64,000 nt of DNA from the NCBI GenBank assembly GCA_037481835.1, contig JBBFKW010000011.1, forward strand, positions 95,163 through 159,162, in the 5' to 3' direction. The translations under genes and the position numbers were made by a program. The DNA comes from Desulfosoma sp. Its GTDB lineage: Bacteria; Desulfobacterota; Syntrophobacteria; Syntrophobacterales; DSM-9756. The notes under the pieces were generated by a model. It searched no databases, had not been told where the DNA came from, and saw nothing but the letters and a program-made list of their open reading frames with translations. Shown here one piece after another: positions 18,411-27,886 of this stretch. Within the stretch, counting starts at the first letter, position 1; each line of letters begins with the position of its first letter.

Positions 18411-19147
18411 GGGCGATCCGCGGTTCTTCCCTGAATCCTTTTTCTTCTCAGGCCGTGGGGCGTTTCGGGAAACGGGCTCCTTCCAAGGCTTTTCGGGGGT
18501 TTACCCTGGTGGAAGTCCTGGTGGCCATGGCCCTTACGGCCATGGTGGTCACCCTGCTCGGCACGGCCATGCGCTCCGGCCTCCTTTCCTGGCGCAAGCT
18601 GGGCCTGGAAAATCAAGCGGATATTTTTTCTTACGCCGTGCCGGCATCCCTCGGGCGCTACGTGGAATTCATGGCCACGGAAGCGACACCCTGGAAAGGC
18701 CGCGAGGGGCATCTCTTCCCCCTGTGCGGGTCGGCTCGAGGCATCACCTTTTACAGCACCTACGGTCCTGCGGGTTCCAGCCGGCAGGGCCTTCGACTCA
18801 TCGGCTACCTCTACGATCCGTCTCAAAACACGCTGGATGTCTACGATGTGGACATCCTAGAAAAAGAAGGGGAGGAGACGGATCTGCTCGCCCTGGCGAA
18901 AGGCCTCTTGGAGGGGCGCGACAACGTGGGCCCTCCGATGAGCCGTTACGGCGATGTCACTGAGTTCCGCGTGGCCTACGGCGATACGGATTCCTCGGAC
19001 GGGGCGGGGCAAAACCTTCTGTGGCAGGACCAATGGGCCTGCGAGGAGAATCCCCGGGCTCCGCGAGGGGTTCGGCTTGTTTTCGGTGTGAGGTCCGGAG
19101 CGAGCGAAAGGGTCACGTCATGGATTTTCCCAACCCGGGTGCCGTAA
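18407..19147 (+). CDS. gspJ: Minor pseudopilin GspJ-like
   Basis: G|FTLVEVLVAMAL, WQDQW..PRGVRL C-terminus; ATGA overlap with gspI. Confidence 0.82.
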   Translation: MRAIRGSSLNPFSSQAVGRFGKRAPSKAFRGFTLVEVLVAMALTAMVVTLLGTAMRSGLLSWRKLGLENQADIFSYAVPASLGRYVEFMATEATPWKGREGHLFPLCGSARGITFYSTYGPAGSSRQGLRLIGYLYDPSQNTLDVYDVDILEKEGEETDLLALAKGLLEGRDNVGPPMSRYGDVTEFRVAYGDTDSSDGAGQNLLWQDQWACEENPRAPRGVRLVFGVRSGASERVTSWIFPTRVP

Positions 19148-19974
19148 GGCCCTTTTCGAGATCCCACAGAGGACGGTTTGCGGGGGAGCCCGGGGCCGTG
19201 CTGGTTTTTGTCCTGTGGGCCTTGGCTTTGCTGTCCTTTTTGGGATTGCAGGTGGCCGTGGCGTCCCGGCTGCGGGCTTGGGAGGCCCTTGGGGCATGGG
19301 ATCAGCTGCAAAGGGCCGAAGCCCTGCGGTCGGTTTTGCGCTATTACGCCGTTTCGGGAAAAAACAACAATGCGATGCGGCCTGGAATATGGTATCGGTG
19401 GTTTGTGGGCGGCCAGGAAGTATGGGTGTCCTTGGAGAAAGAATCGTCCAAAATCCAGGTCGTGGAAGCCAACGACGCCAGGCTGCGCCAGGCCTTGACC
19501 GATTTTCTGCCCCTGTCGGACCCGCGGGAGGTGGACGAGCTGGTGGATGCCCTTCTGGACTGGCAGGATGCGGACGATTTGGTCCGGCTTCACGGGGCCG
19601 AAGCCGAATGGTACCTTCAAAGAGGGCTGCCGCCGCCGACCAATCGGCCCTTCGCGAGCTTGTGTGAAATCCAGAAGGTTCGAGGCGTCTCTCCCGAACT
19701 GTTTTGGGGCGATCCTCTGGAAGAGGCCTACACCACATGGGAACAGGAAGACGTGGGGGGTGAAACGGACATGATCGTGCCCGAACGGCGGTCCCTGGCG
19801 GATCTTTTGACCGTCGTCGGATCGAAGGCGGAACGGGTCACGGTGCTCATGCCTTATAGAGAAAATGTTTACGAGGTGGCCGTCGTGGTGGGAAAAGCCG
19901 GCACCGACGGGTGGGTGGTGGCGGATCGATGTCACGGCTTTGTCATGTCCGGCTTTCTTTCGGAAAAGTACTGA
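19120..19974 (+). CDS. gspK: Minor pseudopilin GspK
   Basis: GAVLVFVLW, ESSKI, DALLDWQDADD, HGAE..Y, NRPF..EI..VRG. Confidence 0.88.
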   Translation: MDFPNPGAVRPFSRSHRGRFAGEPGAVLVFVLWALALLSFLGLQVAVASRLRAWEALGAWDQLQRAEALRSVLRYYAVSGKNNNAMRPGIWYRWFVGGQEVWVSLEKESSKIQVVEANDARLRQALTDFLPLSDPREVDELVDALLDWQDADDLVRLHGAEAEWYLQRGLPPPTNRPFASLCEIQKVRGVSPELFWGDPLEEAYTTWEQEDVGGETDMIVPERRSLADLLTVVGSKAERVTVLMPYRENVYEVAVVVGKAGTDGWVVADRCHGFVMSGFLSEKY

Positions 19975-20052
19975 AAAACGCCTTCAGGGTGGACGATTGG
20001 GGGACGCGAGCAGACGGGCGGACGGTCCCCAGGTGGGTATCCCCATGGGGAG

Positions 20053-21375
20053 GTGACACGGGCTTTGTTGGCGGGCGCACGCATTCTCGGGGTCTATCTG
20101 GATGAAAACCGGCTGGATTATGTCCATGCGGTGAAACGCTGGGGGCGGGTGCGCCTTGAGCCGCTGGAAAACCGGAAGCCGGCCTGCGGAACTTTGGAAG
20201 ACGGCGGTCCCAAAGGGCTGGAGACGTTCTTGCGCGATCTTTCCCCCAAGTCCGACAGGCGCCTTGCCATCGGCCTTCCGCGGGCCCTGTTCTTCGTTCG
20301 GGACATGGCCGTGCCGCCCGTGCCCATGGAAGATGCCCTGGAGGCTGTGCGAAACGCCTTGCCCATTCATGTGCATCTTCCCCTCGAAGACATTTATTGG
20401 GACGTGGATCTGGTGAGGCGCCACGACAAGACGGTGGCGGCCACCCTAATCTACGTGGAAAAAAAAGCCGTGGACGGCATCCTCTCGGTGCTTTCCGACA
20501 CGGGCCATCGAGACCGGCTCGAAGGCCTCTTTCCCATCTCCTTCGGCCTTGCGGCCTGGCTTCGCGCAGGAGGCCGTCCTCCCATGGGGCTGGTGAGGCG
20601 GGAGGACGGCTTGCAGGAGGTGCTCGCCGTGGATCAGGACGGCGTGGTCCGCACCCGATTGTTGGACCCATCCGAAGGCGTGTGGGGCCGGGATGAACTG
20701 ATGAGCTTCCTGCAGGCCCAGTGGGGTGTCACCCCTGAAAACGTCCAGGATTGGACGGCGACCTCGCAGAGTGCCCATCTTCTCGATTCTCCCTTTTCCC
20801 ATGATTGGCCCCATCCGTCGTTAAATCTCGGGACGGCGACCGCCTTCGCCCTTCTCCGCACCGGGCCGATCCTGTGCACGGACGGCAGAGCGCCGCGGGT
20901 TCCGGGGTTTCATCCCGCCAAGGTCGTGGTGCCGCTCCTTTTGGTCCTTGGCCTTACGGCCTGGGGCCTTTCCTGGCACGTGGAACGCCGCACGGCGGCT
21001 CTGGAAATGAAAGCGGCGCGCTTGGCGGAAGAAACGAAACGGCTGGAAGCCGAACTCAAACCGCTGGAAAAAAACGCCCAGGAAATGGAACAGCTCAAGA
21101 AGCTCATCAAGGAGGCGGACGTCTATATCAAGGGAAAACCGCGATTCTACGAGCTCCTGAACGACATTGCGGAGCGTGTCCCGGAGGGGACATGGATTTC
21201 CCAGTTCAATTATTCCGCGGGCAAGATGACCGCCTCTTTTCAGAGCCCGGATTCCATGAAGACCATAGAAAAGCTCAGGGAGTCCCCTCTACTCAAGGAC
21301 GTGAAACTCCAAGGGTCGGTCAACCGCGGTCGGGACAACAAGGAAACGTTCAACGTGGTCTTGGAGCTGAAATGA
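20053..21375 (+). CDS. gspL: GspL/PilN-domain assembly platform protein
   Basis: Cytoplasmic domain, TM helix, coiled coil, LLNDIAERVPEGTWI..LRESPLLKDV..ETF (PilN-like). Confidence 0.8.
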   Translation: MTRALLAGARILGVYLDENRLDYVHAVKRWGRVRLEPLENRKPACGTLEDGGPKGLETFLRDLSPKSDRRLAIGLPRALFFVRDMAVPPVPMEDALEAVRNALPIHVHLPLEDIYWDVDLVRRHDKTVAATLIYVEKKAVDGILSVLSDTGHRDRLEGLFPISFGLAAWLRAGGRPPMGLVRREDGLQEVLAVDQDGVVRTRLLDPSEGVWGRDELMSFLQAQWGVTPENVQDWTATSQSAHLLDSPFSHDWPHPSLNLGTATAFALLRTGPILCTDGRAPRVPGFHPAKVVVPLLLVLGLTAWGLSWHVERRTAALEMKAARLAEETKRLEAELKPLEKNAQEMEQLKKLIKEADVYIKGKPRFYELLNDIAERVPEGTWISQFNYSAGKMTASFQSPDSMKTIEKLRESPLLKDVKLQGSVNRGRDNKETFNVVLELK

Positions 21376-21968
21376 TTCAATTGTGGGGGCGCAGAACGCG
21401 GCGCTGGGCCGGGATCGCCGTTTTGGGGGTGATCCTCTGGGGGCTGTGGTATTTCATGGACTGTGCCCCCAAGATGGCCTCGGCCTCGGCCGTCGAAGCG
21501 TCCGTGGAATTGGAAAGGGCCAAGCAGGACAAGCTCCGCACCCAGATCGCCAAGATCAAGGAAGACCTGTCCCACCAGGCCCAGATGGCCGAAGAACTGG
21601 GCCGGGTGGAACAGCTGCTTCTCGAGGCCAAGAGCCTCGATGAAGCGGCGGCCAAGATGCAACAGCGCATCCAGGAATCCTTCGAAAAGACGGGCATCCA
21701 GGTGCAGGCGTACAACGTTTTGAGTCCCGGGGCGTGGGAGGAGATTCCCATGGCCCAGGTGGAATTCCGGCTACGCGCCGACGATGCGGCTCTGGCGGGG
21801 CTGCTCAAGTTTTTGGAAGACGAGGAAAAGCTGGTGCGTGTGGAATCCTTGACCGTGGCGTATCGACCGGCCAAGGATTTTCCTCTTTCCGTCACGCTGC
21901 GGGTGGGCACGCTGTTTGTGGATACGAAGAGCCTGAAGACGTTCTTGGGTCAACCATCGAAAAAGTGA
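21372..21968 (+). CDS. gspM: GspM/PilO-like protein
   Basis: ATGA overlap, N-terminal TM, coiled coil, AAAKMQQ, LAGLLKFLE..VRVESLTV. Confidence 0.8.
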   Translation: MIQLWGRRTRRWAGIAVLGVILWGLWYFMDCAPKMASASAVEASVELERAKQDKLRTQIAKIKEDLSHQAQMAEELGRVEQLLLEAKSLDEAAAKMQQRIQESFEKTGIQVQAYNVLSPGAWEEIPMAQVEFRLRADDAALAGLLKFLEDEEKLVRVESLTVAYRPAKDFPLSVTLRVGTLFVDTKSLKTFLGQPSKK

Positions 21969-21989
21969 GGCGCTGGAGGAGAGGCGACG

Positions 21990-24287
21990 ATGGGGGTGCG
22001 AAGGTCCGCATGGACGATGGGAATGCGAGCCGGGGTGATTGTTTTGGCCGTGTGGGTGAGCGGGTGTTCGACGACGCCGTTCCCGCAGCGCCCCACAGGC
22101 GGCCCTTCGGCCCCCCCGGCCGTATCGGCTCCGGTCCTGCCGGCGCCCGAAGGCGCTCCAACCGCCCCGAGGAGCACCGAAGCGGTCATCAGCGCCCCTA
22201 CTCAGGGGTCCCTGACGAAAGTGCCGCCTCGCGACCTTTCCTACACGGGCCGCCCGGTCAGCGGGGCCGCTTCGGATGTGGCCGCCAAGGGCCCTCGAAA
22301 AGAACCCGAGCAGCAGAAGACCGTGGACATCGACATGGCTTTCGATGCCGCCGACCTCTACCAGGTGCTGGATGCGACTATTTACCAGCTTTTCGGCGTG
22401 AACTACATCGTGGATCCGAGCATCAAAGCCAAGGTCACCTTCCGGGCGAAGGGGGCGTACACGAAAGCCGCCTTCCTTAAGCTGCTCAACGATGTGCTCC
22501 AGGTGAGCGGTCTCGCCTTGGTGCCGGGTCCCGGGGATATGGTCAAGGTCGTGCGCAAGGATTTGAGCGGCGGGCTGAGCGCCGCGGGCGTCGAAGCCGT
22601 TCCCGTGGAAACGGGCTACACGGACGTGACCCGCCTCATCCGTCTGCGGTACCTCGGGGCGGAAACCGCCGCAGCCAACATCAAACCGTTCCTTTCCCCC
22701 AACGCCGTCGTGGTTCCGGACAAGGCGAGCAACGCCTTGGTCATTACGGACACGCTGACCAACATCGAAAAGGTGGCCGGGGTGCTCGCCCTGATGGATG
22801 TGGATCGCATCCAGGAGATCTCGTGGAGGATCTTTCCGCTGCTCCATGCGGAGGCGGACCAGGTGGCCCAGGAGCTGACGGAAATCCTTGGAAAGGAAGG
22901 CCTTTTCATGCGCCCGGGAACGGAGCCGGGCAGCTTCCAGGTTTTTGCCATCAAGAGCCTGAATGCGGTTTTTATGGCGTCCCGGTGGTCGTCGATCATC
23001 GATCAGGCGGCGCGCTGGATTGCCGTCATCGACCGGCCCGGTGAAGCCGGCCAAGGTATCTATGTCTATTTCGTGGAAAACGGGTCAGCCGTGGAACTGG
23101 CCGATGTGCTCGCCCGGGTCTACGGCCTGTCCACCTCCACGTCGCGCACCCTCAGGACCGACACGCGATCGACGACAAGCGTGTCGCGCTCCTCCAAGTC
23201 GCTCACCTCCAAGTCCCCCACATCCCTCACGAGCGCGGCCGGCGGGACCGGCCTTTCCACGGAAAGGCCTTCGGCCGCAGGGGCTTCAACAGCCCCGGAG
23301 CGTTCGGCCATCGGCGCGGCCGCAGGGCAGGTGGGCGAAGAAGTGGCGTTCATCCCCGACGAGGCGACCAATAGCATCGTCATCAAGGCCAGGGAAAAGG
23401 ATTACCGGATCATCCGAGGTGTCTTGGAAAAACTGGACCAAATCCCGCGCCAGGTGCTCATCAATGTGATCATCGCCGAACTGTCTCTTTCCGGTTCGGC
23501 GGAATACGGCATCGAGTGGTTCCTGCAGGGCCACTACAAGGATTACACGGGCCAGTTCGTCCTGGACAACGCCCGATCCCGGGCCGTAAACACCGCCTTG
23601 GGAAGCGGCACGGGTTTCGCCGCGGCGGTCTTCGACAGCACGGATTTCCTCAGAGGCCTCATCAGCGCCTTGGGCAAGGATACCTCCCTGAACATTCTTT
23701 CTTCTCCCAACATCATGGCTTCGGACAACAAGGAAGCCTACATCGAAGTGGCCGAGGAAATTCCCATCGTCACGGGGGAAGTGACGAGCCAGGAGACCAC
23801 GGCGACTTCGCGGACGATCCAATACCGCAAGACGGGCATCATTCTGAAGGTGACGCCGCACATCAATACCAGCGGTCTGGTGAAGATGGACATTTCCCAG
23901 GAAGTGAGCCAACCGGGAGAAAAAGACCCGGACCTCAAGACGACTTCCATCATCAGCCGCGTGGCGGAAACCTCTCTGGTCGTGCAAGACGGCCAGATGA
24001 TCGTCATCGGCGGTTTGATGCGCAACCGCGATTCGGTGAGCCGCTCGGGCATTCCGGGCTTGCGCAACGTGCCCCTTCTGAAATATGTTTTCGGCAGCGA
24101 GGGTAAGGAAAACTCCAAGACGGAACTCATCATCCTGATCACGCCGCGGGTCGTTCGCGATCGCAGGGAAGCGGAAGCCGTCACGCAGGAATTTTCGAAA
24201 AAGGTCCAAGGGCTTCGGGAAATGTTGCAGTCCCGGGGGGCCGTGGTGGAGGAAAACTTTAAAGCTTCCGAACCGGCAGGACGATAA
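21990..24287 (+). CDS. gspD: Secretin GspD (lipoprotein-type)
   Basis: Lipobox VSGC, NYIVDP, PRQVLINVIIAE, LSSPNIMASDNKEA, TGIILKVTPHIN, GIPGL..P, KTELIILITPRV. Confidence 0.95.
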   Translation: MGVRRSAWTMGMRAGVIVLAVWVSGCSTTPFPQRPTGGPSAPPAVSAPVLPAPEGAPTAPRSTEAVISAPTQGSLTKVPPRDLSYTGRPVSGAASDVAAKGPRKEPEQQKTVDIDMAFDAADLYQVLDATIYQLFGVNYIVDPSIKAKVTFRAKGAYTKAAFLKLLNDVLQVSGLALVPGPGDMVKVVRKDLSGGLSAAGVEAVPVETGYTDVTRLIRLRYLGAETAAANIKPFLSPNAVVVPDKASNALVITDTLTNIEKVAGVLALMDVDRIQEISWRIFPLLHAEADQVAQELTEILGKEGLFMRPGTEPGSFQVFAIKSLNAVFMASRWSSIIDQAARWIAVIDRPGEAGQGIYVYFVENGSAVELADVLARVYGLSTSTSRTLRTDTRSTTSVSRSSKSLTSKSPTSLTSAAGGTGLSTERPSAAGASTAPERSAIGAAAGQVGEEVAFIPDEATNSIVIKAREKDYRIIRGVLEKLDQIPRQVLINVIIAELSLSGSAEYGIEWFLQGHYKDYTGQFVLDNARSRAVNTALGSGTGFAAAVFDSTDFLRGLISALGKDTSLNILSSPNIMASDNKEAYIEVAEEIPIVTGEVTSQETTATSRTIQYRKTGIILKVTPHINTSGLVKMDISQEVSQPGEKDPDLKTTSIISRVAETSLVVQDGQMIVIGGLMRNRDSVSRSGIPGLRNVPLLKYVFGSEGKENSKTELIILITPRVVRDRREAEAVTQEFSKKVQGLREMLQSRGAVVEENFKASEPAGR

Positions 24288-24403
24288 CACAGTAAGCACT
24301 GTGTGTCGGGGAAGGTTCGCCCCTGCGCGCGAGCGCCTTCGGCGCCGGAAGAGTGGGGCGGACCGTGTCCTAGAGCGAAGAGCCTGATCAAGGAGGGTCT
24401 TCC

Positions 24404-26314
24404 ATGAAGGTTCGGGTGAAGGGCTTGGGGTTTGCCGTGTGGTGCGCGCTGCTGTGCGCGCTTTTCCTGGTTCCCTGTGCCGGCTGGGGTCAGGATGACA
24501 ACGGCAAGGACAACGAAACCCTCGTGGTTTCGCCGAGTTTTGTGGACGTGGGGACGTTCCGGCTCCTTCCCGGGCAGAGCCTGGAACCGGGCTCCTTTAC
24601 CGTGACGGTCACGGGCGGACCGAAGGTTTCGGATAACCAAACCTCCACCTTCCTCGCCTCCAGCGATGCGGTCTGGCTCAAGCTGGAACCCACCAAGGGG
24701 GACATCCCGGGGACCATCACGGTCACCGTGACCATTTCCGAACTCATGGAAGGGACCTTTTCCGGGACCATCACGGTGGTCTCCGGGCTCAATCCCGAAA
24801 AATCCGCCACCGTGGCTGTCTCTTTAACGGTCATTCGAACGCCGGGGAACCTCTTGACCGTCTCCCCGACGGAAATCCAGCTGGATTTCACCACGGCGGA
24901 TCTTTCGCCGCGGTCCTTCCCCGTCTCCGTCCGCAACGCCGACCCGACGGACACGACCTTTCTGTGGTCCGCGGCCTCCGGCGTCCCGTGGCTCACGCTC
25001 TCACCTTCCGACGGCAGGGGCAACACCACGGCGACCCTCACGGTGGATCCCACGAAAATCCCCATTCTTGCGGATGAATCTTACGTGGAGGGAAAGGTCG
25101 TCTTTCATTCGAGCCTGAACACCGAGCCGGTGGAGCTCGTGGTGAAAGCCCGGGTCATCCGGGTGTCCAAGGAGCGCTTGACGGTCTACCCCGCGTATCT
25201 CTTCTGGAGCCTGGAACGGACTGCGGAAGGGCTTTTGGGTGAGGCTTCGACGCAGACGCTCTTCGTCATTTCCCAGGAGGCGGGATGGTACGCTCTGGTG
25301 GACGTGCCCTTCTTGGACGTCTCCGTGGATCCCGACCTCAATGTCCCCGGGGCCACGGGGCGGTCCGGATCCATTCAAGTCACCCCCGTCACGTCGGTCC
25401 TCCAATCCATGGGATACGGCCGCTTTACGGGGCGCATCACCGTCTACAACGCCACCGCCGATGCCTTCCGGATCATTCCGGTCACGGTGGATGTGCGCCG
25501 TCCCGGCGAAGCCATATCCGGTCCGCCGGTTTCCGTGAGCATTTCCCAGACGACCTCCGGCTTCCTGCTGGTGGAAACGGTGGATTCGGCCTGGCTTGAG
25601 CTCATTTTGGCCGCGCCGGATCTTGCGATCCGCTACAACAGCCAGGCCGCCTGCACCCAGGCCGGAGGCCGCTGGGTGGATCCCGACGGGGCCTTGGGCA
25701 GTCTGGACGAAACGTGCAGTCTGGACGAGAAGATTTACCTGCTCGTGGCGTTCCCCGATGCCCTTCCCGGCGTCGTCTATGCGCTTTCCGCCCAGCATCC
25801 CAACGGGTTCGCCGTGGCGTTTCGAAGCGGCGTGAAACAGGAAGGGGCCGATGATTTTTACTACGCCTCGGGCCCCATCGGGTCCATTCCGCTGGGCCCC
25901 GTGCGTCTTTTGGGCTTGCAGGGCCGGATCATCGTCAGTTCCCGCGTGGGGCGGTCCCTGGCCGATGCCGTGGAAGTGCAACGGGCCCAGATCAATGTGC
26001 GCACACCCGAAGGCACATGGCTCGTCTCGGAAACCTACCAGGGCGGCATCTATGATTATGGGGAGGAAAGACCGCTTCGGCTGCAGCGGGATCCGGGGAC
26101 TTTCAACTTTAAGGGAACATGGGGAGAGACCCCCGTGACGTGCCGGGCCGGAGACGGGGTGCACACGCTTTATGTGCTGGAATTTATCGAAAGAGGTGTG
26201 GCATACGTCTATGAAATTACGTCCCTGTCTTCCCAGAAGATGACGGGACGGTGGACCTTCCAGTACGGGAAACAATGGGAGGCCTTTGAAGCGACCCGGG
26301 TCGCTTTCCGGTAA
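24404..26314 (+). CDS. Secreted protein with tandem BACON/Ig-like domains
   Basis: Signal peptide; repeated VSP..WL.L.P.G..TVTV units (SDAVWLKLEPTKG, GVPWLTLSPSDG, DVPFLDVS). Confidence 0.75.
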   Translation: MKVRVKGLGFAVWCALLCALFLVPCAGWGQDDNGKDNETLVVSPSFVDVGTFRLLPGQSLEPGSFTVTVTGGPKVSDNQTSTFLASSDAVWLKLEPTKGDIPGTITVTVTISELMEGTFSGTITVVSGLNPEKSATVAVSLTVIRTPGNLLTVSPTEIQLDFTTADLSPRSFPVSVRNADPTDTTFLWSAASGVPWLTLSPSDGRGNTTATLTVDPTKIPILADESYVEGKVVFHSSLNTEPVELVVKARVIRVSKERLTVYPAYLFWSLERTAEGLLGEASTQTLFVISQEAGWYALVDVPFLDVSVDPDLNVPGATGRSGSIQVTPVTSVLQSMGYGRFTGRITVYNATADAFRIIPVTVDVRRPGEAISGPPVSVSISQTTSGFLLVETVDSAWLELILAAPDLAIRYNSQAACTQAGGRWVDPDGALGSLDETCSLDEKIYLLVAFPDALPGVVYALSAQHPNGFAVAFRSGVKQEGADDFYYASGPIGSIPLGPVRLLGLQGRIIVSSRVGRSLADAVEVQRAQINVRTPEGTWLVSETYQGGIYDYGEERPLRLQRDPGTFNFKGTWGETPVTCRAGDGVHTLYVLEFIERGVAYVYEITSLSSQKMTGRWTFQYGKQWEAFEATRVAFR

Positions 26315-26378
26315 AGGAAAGGGCTCGAGGGCGTTCGGGCCGGACGCGATGGCTCAGGACGGTCGTGAGGAGAGGGCG

Positions 26379-27560
26379 ATGATCAGGAAATGCATGGCGA
26401 TAGGGCTGTGGCTGTTGGTCCTTTCCGGCTGTGGCACGTCGGTGATGGAGCTCAAGACGCCCGTGGCCAGGGAATCTTCCGCGGGGGAATTCAAGCGCGT
26501 GGTGGTCCTGCCGTTTTCCGACTACACGCCCGAGGATTCCCTCTACGGCTACTGGAGGCGCAACGTCCTGATCAACGAAGCCCTGACCGATGAGCTCATC
26601 CGGTTCGGTTTTTCGTCGGTGATCTATGAAGATGTCATCGCCTACCTCCTGGATCGGGGCATCATCCAGGACGCCACACCCGATGAAGGCAAGAGCGCGG
26701 CGACGGCCACTTTGGAAAAGGAACTGGCCAAGGACTGGTCTTCGGGGATGAAGGCGGAAATCCTCCGCGCCATCTACCAAAACGAGGCCAACAGGCGTGC
26801 GGCGGAGCCCTACTGGAACCGGGAACGTCTGATCTCCCTCGACAGCGACGCCGTGAGGGGACTGGGCGCCCGTTTCCGGGCGGACTACGTCCTTCGGGGT
26901 CGGGTCCTGGTGTTCCACTCGGGTCAGGAAGACAGCTTCAACCCGGTCCAGACGGGCCTTCTGCCTTTCTTCTTCAAGGTGGGATCCCGCACGGTTTTCG
27001 GGGTCGCCCAGAGTGACACCTACGAGATGATCGACAAAATGGCCATCGGAGGCCTGGTCGGGGCCGCCTTGGCCAAGGACAATTGGCCTGTGGAAGACAA
27101 TGACAAGAAGTTCGTCGGGGCGCCGCGCTTCGGCGGGGGCCTTGTCCATGAGGAAGACTATGCGAGCTTGAACACGGCCATTTGGGGGGCGGCGGGAGCC
27201 GGCATCGCCTTTCTGGCGCACAAGGGAGGCCGCGTGGACAGCGCGTGGGTGCAGCTGCGGATGATCGCCCAAGATGCCCGCACGGGCCAGATCGTGTGGG
27301 TGAACCGCGCGGAAGTGAAGGTCATGCCCAAAACCGTCTTCGGGGAAAAAGACGTGGATGTCTTGACCAGCGAAGCGATCCAACACGCCGTGGGCCGGCT
27401 CGTGGATAACTTCGTGGCGAGCCTGACCGGCCGGGAAGTCGTCCGAAGCCGCGTGGACGGCACGTTTTATGTCACGCCCGCAGGCGGGATCCTCGCCCCG
27501 GACCGCACCCGGTACGGCACCATCCACGTGGGACCGCCCGTGGCACCCGCGGTGCAGTAA
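26379..27560 (+). CDS. Lipoprotein with CsgG/HfaB/PelC-like fold features
   Basis: Lipobox LSGC; VVVLPFSDYT, LGARFRADYVLRGRV, VQLRMIAQDARTGQIVW. Confidence 0.7.
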   Translation: MIRKCMAIGLWLLVLSGCGTSVMELKTPVARESSAGEFKRVVVLPFSDYTPEDSLYGYWRRNVLINEALTDELIRFGFSSVIYEDVIAYLLDRGIIQDATPDEGKSAATATLEKELAKDWSSGMKAEILRAIYQNEANRRAAEPYWNRERLISLDSDAVRGLGARFRADYVLRGRVLVFHSGQEDSFNPVQTGLLPFFFKVGSRTVFGVAQSDTYEMIDKMAIGGLVGAALAKDNWPVEDNDKKFVGAPRFGGGLVHEEDYASLNTAIWGAAGAGIAFLAHKGGRVDSAWVQLRMIAQDARTGQIVWVNRAEVKVMPKTVFGEKDVDVLTSEAIQHAVGRLVDNFVASLTGREVVRSRVDGTFYVTPAGGILAPDRTRYGTIHVGPPVAPAVQ

Positions 27561-27630
27561 AGAGGAGCCCATGGACTTTATCGGCGAGGAACGTCCGCAA
27601 AGGGTGAAGCTGCTCGGGACGTTCCCGCCC

Positions 27631-27660
27631 TTGACTTCCTAGCCCCTAGGGGGATATTAA
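27631..27660 (+). promoter_or_regulatory. Candidate sigma70 promoter upstream of the subtilase cassette
   Basis: TTGACT-N18-TATTAA in an AT-rich intergenic gap. Confidence 0.45.
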
Positions 27661-27685
27661 GAATTTATTCTGGCAAGCGGCTGGT

Positions 27686-27805
27686 CTTCCGTGCACCAAA
27701 TCCTCTAGCGCTCCCATTCCCGTTGGGCTCTTTTTCAAGAAGATTTCTCCCGTTTTTTATCTCGTTCAGAGCGTAGGCTTCCGTGCACCGAACCCTCTAG
27801 CGCTC
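27686..27805. repeat. 28-bp direct repeat, 92-bp period
   Basis: CTTCCGTGCACCAAATCCTCTAGCGCTC (27686) vs CTTCCGTGCACCGAACCCTCTAGCGCTC (27778), 2 mismatches. Confidence 0.8.
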
Positions 27806-27886
27806 TCGTTGTTGCTTCGCTGTATTTCTCGACGGTCCGTTCCCGTTCTCAGACTAATGCCTTTTACCGGTTCAAAGGAGTCTAGG

